Below are positions 1 to 12,130 of a stretch of DNA of 64,000 nt, piece by piece. A model generated the notes under the pieces. The model saw only the letters and a program-made list of their open reading frames with translations, ran no database searches and was not told the origin of the DNA. The stretch is from Camelus dromedarius (taxonomy: Eukaryota), in contig NC_087447.1 of NCBI RefSeq assembly GCF_036321535.1, forward strand, positions 48,796,001 to 48,860,000, in the 5' to 3' direction. The translations under genes and the position numbers were made by a program. Each line of letters begins with the position of its first letter. Position 1 is the first letter of the stretch.

Positions 1-2396
1 ATTTTGTTTTTTAACAGCTCTTTTTGATGTTTTGGCCATTATGAATAATGCTGCTGTAGACATTTGTGAACAGGTGCCTGTGTGGATATATGCTTTTATT
101 TTCTGCCCATTTTTTGAGCCTAATACTTCAGGCTTTCTGTTGACTCCACAGCTACAGAAGATTATTTTAACAAATTCATTTCTTATTCTAATCAGCCAGA
201 GTTCACTTCTGTTGTTTAAGTGAGGTCTCTAACTCCTTTCCCTTGGGGCCAAATTCCTAGCCTCAGGACAAAGGGCTATACTTGGCTAATGTGACATACT
301 TCCCAATTAACCTTCAAAGTCTTAAGTTTAGTTTTCTCCATACTTTGATGTGGAGAATAAGGTCCAGAAAAGGAAAGTGGCTTGCCCAAGGTTACAGAGC
401 CAGTCAGTGGTACAGCTAGGACTAGAATCTAGGACTCTTATCCCAATTTAATGTTCTTTCCCCTACACTATGGTGCCTTTCATCAACTCAACAAACGTAT
501 TTAAGCTCTGTGGCCATAAGATATATGAAAGAAGCAGAGGATATAGAGTCCAAAGACATAGTTTCTATCCTTGACTTTGCCACTTCTTAGCTTTGTGACC
601 TTCGACAAGTTAACAATGTCTCTGGGCCTCAGCTATCTCATCCATAAAAGCTGGGGACTAGAGGAGAGGGATTGGGTTATTGGATCCAATCTCAAATGCC
701 TACAGCCTTGGGTGGGTGTTACTGTTTCACGTATTCAGCTATATTTTATTCACTTATAATTTATTCCCTTAATTACAATTTATAACAGAAACATTTATCT
801 GCATTCAAAAGAATAAAGTCTGTTGAGATTTCAGTCCTTTGCTTCCATGTTGTTGCTTTTTCATCTCACATCTTATCTATATTCTTTTTAGTTCTTATTG
901 TGCTTTATTTTTGTAATGGCATCGTAGGTTGATTATTTCAACACAGACACACTGCTTACTTCATTTGCACAAAGAAATGGGTTCTTTCTCCCTCCTCCTT
1001 TTTTGAAAATGTGTGGTCCTCTTAATCTAGCTTTTATTTTCTTCCTTTTGTTGAAGACATGGTTAAGAAATATTTCACTTATAATAAAAAGGTCTAAGAA
1101 AAATGACGGTACAAGTACCGTGAACAATGGCAAAAGACACTTGGCCTAAGTGCTGGGAAGACCCCAGGGAGTGGTAAGAACTAAGAACCACAGGAGACCA
1201 CAGCCTGGACAAAAGATACCAGCCAGATGTTTGGATTAATGAATAAAGCCTGAAATCCGATTTTAATATGGAATCCCCTATTCTTTCAATTCAGGCAGTT
1301 AATTCAATTAAAGTTTGGCCCACAGAGCATTTTCTAATTGGCTGTTGAGGTCCTATCTTCATTGTTATTCTTTCTGTGAGAAGGAGCACCAGCAGCTCCT
1401 GATGGAAGATGATGAAAGAAGAGCAGACGCTGCCACCTGCTGCTCAGTGACCGGATGTACCTGATGGTCCTTTACTCGGGTTTAGGTGGCACCCTCAGAT
1501 CTGTCAGATCTGGAAGGCCTCCTGGGCTCTCTGTTTTATGGATGAGATATCCGAGGCACCTGGAGGTCTTTCATTTCAATATCCAGATGCCATTTATCTA
1601 GCTCCTGGGTAACACCCAAGAGCAGAATCTGTCCTCTGATGAGCATCAGGGATGTGCTGGCACAGAGCCCAAAGTATAGAAGACACAGGGAGAGGAGAAA
1701 GGATTGGAATGGGAGACACCAAAGGAAGTTGGAAGCTCCAGAAAGGGGCACCGGTTAAGGTAAGAAAGTGGAGAGAAAAGAGTGGATTTGAGAAGCAGTA
1801 CAAACAGACAACCAGACTTGGGGAGACATAGGATCTGGAGAATGAAGAGTAAGTCTGCACAAGTTAACCTTCGTAAAACTTCAGTTTGATCATTCATTAG
1901 CTCTAGCCTGTTTCTAGCTTCACTCTGAGACCATACACAAAGCAAGCTGTCATCAGGTGGACACTGAATGCCCCTCCCCACCCCCAGTCAATCTCCCCCT
2001 CTAGTCTATCAGGAATCCTTGACCAGGTGGGGGTCAAGAAATTCCACTGTAAATCCCAAGTTCAGTCATTTTCTGGCCCTGTGATCTTGGAGAAAGTCAC
2101 TAAACTTGTGGGAATGTTGTTTTCTTATCTGTAATTTAATCATCTGAACAATGGCTCCCTCTATTAGGCAGTTATGCTGAACCCAGTGGCACATGAGCTA
2201 ATGTCTGACATCTGCTATCCTACTGAATCTTTGCAATCCCAGGGGATAAGCACTACCATTACCCACTTTGTTCAAATGAGGACACTGAGGCTTAGAAGGA
2301 TGGAGTAGCTTGCCCATGGCCACACTGCTAGTAAGTGGCAGAACTAGAATTCAAATCCAGACTGCTTAGCCCCAAAGCTTTATTGTACTGAATCTC

Positions 2397-2825
2397 TGTT
2401 ATCAGTTAGCGTTTGCTATAAAATGACTCACCCTGAAACATAGTGGCTTAAAACAAAAATCACTTTATATATTTCACAATTCTATAGGTCAGCTGGTTTT
2501 GTTCAGTGGATCTAGGCTGTGCTCTCCCGGGTCTGTAGTCAACTGGCAAGTTGGGTGATGGCCTCACTCACATATTTGGTGTTGGGGAGTCAGACAGTGG
2601 GGGCACCTTTGTTCTCCTCCATGTGGTCTTTTGTCCTCCAGCATCCCAGCTTAGGCTCATTCACATGGTGGTCCCTGGACTCCACATGCAACAGGAAAAG
2701 AGAACCCCCACATACTCAAGCACTTTTCTAGTCAAAGCAGATCGCAAACCTAAACCAGAATTAATGTGGAAGGACACTTTCAAAAGGTGTAGAGAGAGGG
2801 AAGGAAATAATTCGTGGCCATTTTG
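2397..2825 (-). mobile_element. MaLR LTR (older MLT1 subfamily)
   Basis: ccctgaaacatagtggcttaaaacaa...atttcacaattctataggtcagctgg...ctcactcacatatttgg pattern. Confidence 0.65.
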
Positions 2826-3984
2826 GGGGTTGGAGATGGGAACAGAGATTGATTGCCTAAGTGGGGAATGTGGGAACTTTTTGGGGGGTGATGGAAGTGT
2901 TCTAAAATTGGATGGTGGTTTTACACAGGGAGTAATATCACCAGATCTATGTTTTAGAAACATCATCTGGTATTAAAGATGGACCAGGGTGAGGGGCAGG
3001 GGCAGACTGGAACAGAGATCAGGCTAGAGAAGATGTGGATGAGCAGGAATTTCCTTCATAAGCAGAAGAACAGGTTCAAAAAAAAAAAAAAAAACCTAAC
3101 GATAAGGAGAGTCTAAAATAGGGCAGGTCCAGGGAGACCAGAAGGGTGATGGAGGCATTTCCTCATGGAACAGAGACAGGGGAATGAGGCGATTTAGTTT
3201 GGGAGGAGTCTACCATCTGATTTTGTCCCTTTCTCTAGAGTCTTTGAAGAAAACATTGAAAGGTAAGATATGTCAACCCAAACTGTAAGGAGTGTTTACT
3301 AGATGAAATCCTGTATGTATAGGAACTCATGAAGCCTCCCTTTGGGGTCTCCAGCAGCAGTGCTCTTTTGCAGCTCTCAAGCCTGTTTAGGGTCTGGGCT
3401 TGGTTCCAACTTTTATCCATAAAAGGTCACCTCTCTCCCCCTATTTCTGATCACTTGGCCTTTGAAGGCAGCTGAATCTCCCCAGTTCACTTATCAGTAA
3501 TGCTCACCCTGATAACAGACTATGTACAATTTCAGTGGTGGAAGGAAAAGAAAGACAACACCTTCCACAAACTATGTTCTATAAATCAACAAAAGGGATT
3601 ATAGAGCAGAACAATGTTTAATTCAATTCCATTCATCCATCTGCCTATTCATTCCACCATTCAGTTATCAGTCAACAAATATTTGCTAAGGGCCTACACT
3701 ATGGCCATGCTGGGTTCTGGGAATCCAGGGATGAAAAGACCTTTGAAAAATTCCCATTCTGTGAAAACCGAAGATCTACCAGTGCTCTCCTCCTGCAGTT
3801 GCAGGCTTTCAGTTTCTGAGGCATCCGTGACTAAGGACGTTCTAGATGGAAAAGACCCTGAAATGCCTGTTGTACTTCCTTTTTGGACAAATGCCCACCA
3901 CCGCTTCCCACCACTGTTGCTCAGGCTGATGGGCTGTGACGTTCATGGCCACTCACCCCCACCCACTTCTCTGTTTCCACAGAG

Positions 3985-4435
3985 TTCATTGGTCAGAGTT
4001 GTCTCCACCCTCCATCTTCAGTTCCCCTTCTCACTCTTACTCACCTCTTAACTCACTGCAGTCTGGCTTTTGTGCCTCTCCCTCCTCCGGCCAATGTCAC
4101 CAGAGGCCCGCTATTTGCCAAATCCAATGCTTTCCTCTCAATCCTTACCCAGCGCTACTTTGGGGAAGCATTTCACACTGTTGATAATTCCTCCTACAAA
4201 CTCACTTCTCTTGTTTCCACTTTGGACCCTCTCCTTCTCCCTCTCAGTTCACCTTTTGGGCCTTTCCTCCTTTGTTTGTCCCTAAACTGCTGATGTTCCC
4301 TGGGGTCTGCCTTTGCCTCTGTCCTTGGTTGATCTAATCCCCCCGTTGGTGTCAGATCCCATCTATATGTGTGGATCCCCAGTCTGGAAACAGACATAGC
4401 CCACAGCCTGCTGGACATCTCCGATGGATGCACAT
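3985..4435 (+). mobile_element. LINE-2 fragment
   Basis: ctcttaactcactgcagtctggctttt...gccaaatccaatg...cagcctgctggacatctcc L2 ORF2-end motifs. Confidence 0.65.
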
Positions 4436-6919
4436 TGTTTGTTCCCTGACTTATAACATGACCTTGTAACTGTCTGGTAATGTCTCTGTTTCCAACCAGG
4501 CCCCCATGTCTTTTGTGGTTCTACTGTATCTTACACACATATTGAGCTCATAGAAGGAACTCAATCAACAATTGGAGAATAAATGAAGAGGCAAGTGTAT
4601 TCAAGAGGAATCTGTCCACTGGCTGCTCAGTATCCTGAAAAAGATAATTGCTAATCTGAGATTTAAAAGAAACAAAAAACAAAAGCCTGGGATGAGATGA
4701 GCATATCAGGTTCAATCATTTAGGAATTACAAAATGGGGAGTTACTGAGAAAATCTATAGTGAGCAGGCAGAGGCTGGAGGTAGTGGGACAGATGAGCTG
4801 TGGCAACCTGTGGCTGTGTTTAAACTAAAATTATGAGGAAGTAGAAACTGTGGGTAAGTCAAAGAAGCAAACATTAGTCAGAGAGAGAAGCAATGATGCC
4901 AGGAGTGTCAATGAGCGAAGAGAGCAGCCCACTTTATCAGGACTGTGTCTGGAACAGCCTCTGCCCTTTCTTCACTCAAAACTAAAGCTGAGGCCACATA
5001 GTTTTTCCTCAGGAAGTCTTCCCACCCAGCAGTGTTTGGGAGCCAGTGAGTAATGGTCTCTAAGGGTAGGATCATATACTGCTTTTTAGCCCTGAAAGCC
5101 AACACCCCCAACCCCCAATTTTAATCATTCAGAAATGATATGCTTAAGGCCAAACTTCTCATAACCAGTTTCCAGTTCTCTTCACTTTTACCTTCACCAC
5201 CATCCCGGCCCCAAGCAATCTTCCAGCCCCCAGGGGAATGGACAAAGGAACACAGTATACAAAGCAACTGCAAGATGGGGGTGGGGGGCCCTCCTGCTCT
5301 TTTTCTGAATGTCTGAGGCAACAGAGATGGCATTGTGAATCTCTGGTGACTGAGCTGAGGGAAAAACGGGCTGGGGTGTGACTGTGGACTGGGGCGGCAG
5401 GGGAAGGGGTGGGGGGTGGCAGCAGTGTGAAACAAGGGAAGCGGTGTCCCAATGTCCTCTTGGTTCATTCACTTTGTTTTGGTAACTGAGGGGTTTTACA
5501 CTGATTTTCACAGAACTGATAAGGTGCTTTAGAACAGCACCTGGAGCCTTATCTCACACTCCCCTGGGCTCCTGCCTCCCCAGCCGTCAGGAAGGTTGAT
5601 GTGTACTGGCCTTGGGTGGCTGTACATTCCACAAGACAGCATGCACAAGGTATCCATGTTCTCATAAAACATCTTAAAAAAAAAAAAAAGGAAATTCAGG
5701 CATGTTGTGTGTTGTTAAGAATTATAAAAATAGCAGGACCCTGATTTTATTTCTTATATATATTTACCTAAAGTGAGAGGAGGGATATTACATGGTATCT
5801 AGCCCTGGATACCCAAGTCCACTTTTCCACACGTTTCTTCTGATCCTCATGCTGGGTTAGTTGCCTCCTCTGGGTTCACGTGGCACCTGTGCTTCCCTCA
5901 CACTGTGTTGCTATTTATTCCCCCCGGACTCTGAAGTCCCAGGGATAAAGACCATACTGTGTCCCCATTAGTCACATGAGGCCTGGTAGATAGGAGGCCT
6001 TTAGTAATGTCTGATGAATGAATGTATGAATGATCTAATGCTAAATACCTCGGTGGTAATAAGTCCTGGGCCCCTGGGACTCTGGAATGGCCACTGGACA
6101 GTTATGTAGCCCTTGAGTCATAATTCTTATACTCCTTGGCTCTGATCTGTTACTCCTACTGGAATGCTATCCCCCAGAGACCCGCAGCAGTCCTGAAGCC
6201 CAGCCAGCTGCTGGGGATCTGGAGTTGCTCTTACAGTGCCTCTTCCCCTACTCAGAGTCTGGGGTCCTGCCTGCATATAGTTGATGGCTCCTCATCGCCC
6301 TCCCCAATATTGATCCTGTCTAGATCTCCCACCCCATGCCCCATCCTGTCAGAATCATTAGACTCTCTGATGCCAATCATTTCCAGGGTAAAGTGGGATG
6401 AAGAGGAGGAGAGAGGAGGGTCAGCCTTCTATGTGTAACATACACCTTAGGTTTTGATTTGAGACGCGGAGGCTGAGTCCTGATGCTGTGGCTCCCACTG
6501 CTGGTATCGCCTGACATCGCCATCCCCCCAGTTTTTGTCTATCCTCCTTTGCTTAGCAAATACTCTGGTTGATTTGTTGTTCTTAACATTGATGCTAAGG
6601 TTCATCTTTAAGGACTAAGGAGTGAGTTGTCTTCTTTTACTTAAAGAAGCAGCATTTAAGGCATAGGAAGGAAAGGTGGTACTTTTCCTTTTGGGAGATT
6701 TGCCTTTTACATTTCAACAGGGAAAACATTGCAGATGCCTGGAATAGGAAGATGAGTTAATTTTATATTGTTAAATGTACTTTTTTTTTCAAAATGAAAA
6801 TATGCTCATTTTTTCTAATGATAAAAAGGATATAGACCCTTGTAAAAATTCAAACAAGAGCATGAAAAAAATAAAAGGAGGAGAAGAGTAAAAATCAACC
6901 AGCTGCCCTCTAAATACAG

Positions 6920-7165
6920 TGTTTGAGCAAGGGCTTTGGGCACACCTGGGTGGAAAGACATCTCTACCACTTACTACTTGTGTGGTTTAGGACAAGTTAC
7001 TTAACTTCTCTGAGTTTCAGTTTCTTCATCTGTAAAACAGGGATAATAGGAGATAAGTAATAGTATTTACTTACTTTATAGAATTATTTTGAAGATTAAA
7101 TAAGAATATTCAAGTAAAAGGCCTCACATGGTGCTTGCACATTTTCCACACTCAATGAATGATAA
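6920..7165. mobile_element. MIR SINE; one of many copies (others near 330-470, 2230-2390, 8045-8270, 31400-31570, 36400-36570, 45040-45235, 48040-48270, 58230-58390, 60780-60990)
   Basis: MIR core: gacaagttacttaacttctctgagtttcagtttcttcatctgtaaaacagggataat. Confidence 0.8.
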
Positions 7166-8364
7166 GAGTGAACACCTATCTCAGGTCTCCTTGTTTCTTA
7201 ATCCAATGTTTTCCCCCTCAAATCTCACTTCCTGCAGTATAATTGAACTTAAGTCAATAGACATTACTGCGAACCTATTAGATGCTGGTGTGTGTTGTTA
7301 TATTAGAAGGAGGCAAGTCCTAACATCCTACTCAGTTATTAGTTTAAGCAAACCTTGCCTTGGAAACTATATGGAATCATTTCCTATTCATTCTTCCTAT
7401 TAACAACATAAAATTAATTTCAAATCTGGGTTCTTTTTTGGTGAAGGTATAGCTGAATTTAACAGGGTTGTTAGAGGATTAAATGGGTCATTTTCTGCAA
7501 GGTACTCACAACATGGTAGGTGCTCAATAAATGATAGTATTACCACCCCAGCAGTGCACATGCACTGATGGACTTACACACCTGTGACTTATGGGCATGA
7601 AAATGCAGAGGGGTCCTTTCTTTTCTGATTTAATTTTGACCCTAGAACTAAGCTTTCAGGCATTATCTAGAAAAAACACTAATCTTCTGGACATGGTCCT
7701 AGGTTTGTTCACTGGCATCTGCTAGCTGTGGGTCCCTCCCTAAACCTAATCAAATATCCATCTCCCCTTTCTTCCCTCCACTTTGTCCCTCTTGCCTCAA
7801 AACTGCCCTGAAAACTTCCAAGATTAACTCCTAGTTACGTGGACTCTATGTTCCCACATCCTGTAGATACTCAACATATACCATTTGTTACTTGGCTTCC
7901 ACTGAAAGCAACTCTCACTTGACTGATGTGCATAGGTATTACAAAATTCTGCAATAAAGTATGTTGGAGTTCATAGTGCTTATTGCTTTCCTATATGCAG
8001 TTGTAAACTAATAATGAGACAGCGAAATACAGGTTTCGCTCTTTTATGGATGTTGGAACGAGACTGCCTAGGTTATAATTCTGGCTTTGCCACTTACTCT
8101 GTGATCTTGGGTGAGTTACGTAACTTTTCTGTGCCAATGTTTACTTATCTGGAGAAGGGATAATAACACTTACTTTCTAGCGTTCTCACGGAGATTAGAT
8201 GGGTTAATATTTGTAAAGCACTTGGAACAGAGCCTGGCATATAGTTAGTGGTATACAAGTGTTAATTATATAATAATAGTTACCATTTTTAGAGCACTTA
8301 GCTATCTGCCAGGCACAGAACATGTTGCCTTCGATCCCCTCAGTCATGCAAGGTCAACTATTTA

Positions 8365-8784
8365 TAGTAGTGTGCTAGAGCTGGCCTGTACTTGCTTATG
8401 AGAGCTGAACATTAAAGTTTCAGAAAGTTTGTAAGTCAGCTGTTGAACAGAGCCATTACTAAAATTTAAATTATATAAATTACCACTAATAAATTATATT
8501 AAAAACAAAGATAATAAATATTCAGATCTCATCATTTCCCAATTATTTTACTAGATTTTACTATCATCTATGCTCTTGAGGTTATCTGTTTATTGTATCT
8601 GTACAGTGGAAATAATGGTGTGATAATGTGCCTCTCTTCCTAATTCTGTGACATCAGTTTCCATAGCTCAGAATCTGCTATGGTGGGAATATTTACACCA
8701 CAGAAGTTGGCAACCCCTACAAATCAAGGCTTTGTTTTTTTAATTTGGTTAATTGGTTGTTCAACATTCATCAGAACACCACTG
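8365..8784. mobile_element. MER63-like hAT DNA transposon inserted into a MIR
   Basis: Termini tagtagtgtgctag...cagaacaccactg resemble the CAGTGGTGTGCTGG TIR; internal text matches my recall of MER63; MIR sequence continues on both sides. Confidence 0.75.
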
Positions 8785-9133
8785 CCTATCATTGTCCCTT
8801 CTTTAAAGATGATGAAACTGAGGACTACAGACGTTAAATGATTTGCCCAAGGCCACAAAACTAGGAAGTGGTAAAGCTGGGATTCAAGCCCAGGTTTTTG
8901 TTTGTTTGCTTGCCTTTTCAAAGAAAAATATATTTCCAAAGTCCACATGCTGTCCAGTCAGCTACTCTCCCCTGAGGTAGGAATGTAAAAGCTGGGTAGG
9001 ATTCAAACATAAGGGGAAAAGCTCTTCCATTCCCCTTCAGCTCCCTGCCCTTAATGTACAAGTCCAACTCCTAGCCTGCCCCCTCCTGGGCATAGCAGTG
9101 GTTATTCCTTTCTAGTCCCATTATTCCAACCTT

Positions 9134-9282
9134 GGGGGGAGGGTATAGCTCAGTGGTAGAGCGCATGCTTAGCATGCCCGAGGTCCTGGGTTCAATCCTC
9201 AGTACCTCCATCAAAATAAATAAATAAACTATCCCCCAAAATAAATAAAAATAGTGATAAAAGATACTTTAAAAGGAAGTTT
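9134..9282 (+). mobile_element. Camelid tRNA-Ala-derived SINE (Vic-1 type)
   Basis: GGGGAGGGTATAGCTCAGTGG (A box)...GGGTTCAATCC (B box), A-rich tail, 14-bp TSD CCATTATTCCAACC at 9118..9131 and 9283..9296. Confidence 0.88.
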
Positions 9283-9424
9283 CCATTATTCCAACCCAGA
9301 CTTAGAGATGCCTTTGATCACTTAACTTGATAATTCCATTACTGTCTTGCTTGGGGGTCCATTTTTGCCCATTATCCCTTCTTCCCAGAATCTCTTTTCT
9401 TTTTTCCAAGGTTAAGACTAAACC

Positions 9425-9616
9425 CTTTAGCACAGGAAACTACATTCAATATCTTGTAATAATGTTATGGAAAATTTTATGTAATAATATTATGGGAAAA
9501 CTATAATGGAAAAGAATCTGAAAAGAATATATATCTTCTTTGAATCACTTTGCTGTACACCTGAAATATTGTAGATCAATTATACTTACTTTTTTTTAAA
9601 AATCACATTAAAAAAA
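9425..9616 (+). mobile_element. Short L1 3' end
   Basis: L1 3' UTR motifs (gaatcactttgctgtacacctgaaa), A tail, TSD AAGACTAAACC at 9414..9424 and 9617..9627. Confidence 0.8.
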
Positions 9617-9807
9617 AAGACTAAACCTACCTTTTTCAATACCTGTACCTATTTTCTATTTTCCTGGTTTGAGAATACTTGGCACAGTAGTTAAAATCCC
9701 TCAGATAAGAACTTAAACTTTTTTTTGGCTTTTTTGGGGGGAGACTGTTTATTGCTGGTAAAATCCTGATGGTATAATACAAGGTGAAAAAAAGATACCA
9801 ATTTTGT

Positions 9808-9861
9808 AATATATATATATATGTATGTATATATTCCAACTATATATATATATATATATAT
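9808..9861. repeat. Interrupted (TA)n microsatellite
   Basis: Two visible TA runs separated by gtatgtatatattccaac. Confidence 0.85.
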
Positions 9862-11952
9862 GGAATTTTTTTCTTTTTAATAGACTATTCTTTTAGAGCA
9901 GTTTCAGGTTCACAAGAGAATTGAGCAGAAAATACAGAGTTTACACATAGCCCTCCCCACCCACACATACATACTCCCCTACCCTCAACATCCCTCATCA
10001 GTGTGGCATATTTGGTACAATCGATGAACAAGAACTTAAACTTTTTATTGATGTAACATACATATAGAAAATCATATATATCAGAAGTATACAGTTCAGA
10101 TCATTTTCCCAGACTTGATACACCCATGTGACTAGCACCCAGATCCAGAACCAGAACTTTATATATTTACTCAGAAGCCTCTTCCTACTCCCTTTCAGTT
10201 TCTATTCTACCAAAGATAACCACTAAACTGGCTTCTAAAAATCACACACCTCTTTTAATATTGGCAGATTTAGGACCACACTGGGCTAGGTAGTCTATAA
10301 GTATTATTAAATGCTCCCTTCAGGCAGGGAGGTACTATCAATTATCTTGACTTATTTCCCACTCCTGTGGAGCAATGACAAGAAAACTGAATTCCAATCC
10401 CAGTCTACCACTTAACCCTGTGACCTGGAAAATCCATTTCTCCTCTCTTGAACCTTGGCAATCTAGTCTATAAAATATGGACAAACATAATCCATTTGCA
10501 GAACCAAATGAAATCTCACTCTCAAAGCCTGGTACAGTGTGCCTGGTATATAGTAATGTAATCGCTGTGTTTTTCCCCCCTAACTGTAGTTAGTCATTTT
10601 ATTACTTGCCAATTCCAAGTACAAATACTAATTGTTGATTTTATTTTATGTAGGCATGATGTGAATGTTTTATCTATATTACCTCATTTATAACTCTGGC
10701 CAAATAGAATTCTTTAAATTTCTCATCTGCTTTTTCTCAGTCTTCCATATCTCAGTAGTCAAAGGCATCACTATCTAAAGATTTAGATTCCAGTCTAGGC
10801 ATTTTCCTTTATTACTGTCTTTCTCATAGTCCACTCATCTAATTTATTAGCAGGTTTTGCTGACTCAGAGAAAATCCAAGTCACTCAGTTCTCAATTTCC
10901 AGTACCACTATGCTATTTTAAGCCACTACCATCCCTCACTTAAATATCTCTACAAAAATGTAAGCTACAGGTGAACAGACTCTGTGTATTATTGATCACA
11001 GCTGTATCCCCTAGCACCCACAACAGCGTCTCGCCCTTAGTAGGCTTTTGCTATGTCATGAACAAATGAATGTTGCAAAAAACATTTGTAGTGTGTGCCC
11101 TTACTATTTCCATCTTACAGATGGTGGGGGGAGGCGTGCAGTTGTTAAATAACTTACCTAAGTTCACATGACAAATATAAAAGCCAGGGCTCAAAGCCAG
11201 GGTCTAAACCTAGAGCCTGCTCCATCATCCACTATGCTGTCCTACTAGACTACACTGGCTTATTCTGAGGCCAAGGGCTTTTTAGTTGATGTTAGGAGAA
11301 ATTTTAGTTGAAATCCCCCAACCTGAAAACTTTTCTGGAGAATAAAGTTCATGTACCCCTTCACACGGCCTTGTAGGCACATCATGATTTGGTTTCTTCC
11401 AAGTCCCTTCTCTCCTTATTGGCTGCTTCTCCCAACATTCCAGCCATAATGCACTCTACTCCCTTCCCAGCAAATGCTCCTGCCTCTAACCAAAACAACT
11501 TTCTCATCCCCTCTGGAAAACCTTCCCTAATTTCTCAATTCTGAGAGATTATAACAGGCAGTACTTTATCCCAGCTGGCAGGACGCTACTAAAATTACTT
11601 GTTTATTTTCTTAACTGTTCTCTGCTGTGTCTCAGAGCCTAAGAAGCGCCTGGAATAGACTAGGTACTTAATAAATATTTGCTGCATATGAAACGTATGA
11701 AAGGGCAAAGATTATTTTATCAATTTACGGTAGAATGCGGCTCCTAAGCGCGAGGTATTTCGCCCTGGGTCAGTCACTGAGTGCAGAGGCGGGATCTGAA
11801 ACCGGAGCTCTACAGACAGCCGCACCAGACCACGCCCGCACTCCTAGCTCCTTTCTTCCTCGGCTCCGACGAGCTCCGCCTACTTCAGCCGGCGCGAGAC
11901 TAGTTCCGATACTAGTTTGGCCCTCGGGCGGCCGCCGTAGCGCATCGCCCCC

Positions 11953-11967
11953 GTTGCCGTGGGAAAC
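11953..11967. promoter_or_regulatory. RFX X-box-like element GTTGCC-GTG-GGAAAC
   Basis: Near match to GTNRCC(N0-3)RGYAAC within the CpG-island promoter. Confidence 0.55.
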
Positions 11968-11996
11968 GACCCGGGACCTGGGAGGAAGGAAAGACG

Positions 11997-12013
11997 TTTC
12001 CCGCCGGCGGGAG
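11997..12013. promoter_or_regulatory. Inverted pair of E2F sites (TTTCCCGCC followed directly by GGCGGGAG)
   Basis: Matches the E2F consensus TTTSSCGC; the core TCCCGCCGGCGGGA (11999..12012) is a perfect palindrome ~60 nt upstream of the ATG. Confidence 0.7.
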
Positions 12014-12070
12014 CTGCGGTTGTGGTGTCAAGGGGCGCTCAGAGGCAGCGGATCCTAGCACCGCAGCACT

Positions 12071-12130
12071 ATGGCAGACCAGTTTTATCTGGAAAATATA
12101 GACGAGTTCGTCACGGACCAGAACAAGATC
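12071..12130 (+). CDS. POLD3: POLD3 exon 1 coding part ([20 protein letters not shown])
   Basis: ATG in strong Kozak context (gcACTATGG) inside the CpG island; donor ATC|gtgagg. Confidence 0.96.

Noticed and set aside
1536..6438. Upstream ORFs (e.g. 3614..4051, 145 aa; 2551..2976, 141 aa)
   Set aside because: They overlap L2 or MLT1 relics or show no recognisable protein family or exon structure; lengths are compatible with chance.
9134..9210. Functional tRNA-Ala gene
   Set aside because: Acceptor and T stems are imperfect, it has an A-rich tail and TSD, and two more diverged copies lie in the window; it is a SINE.
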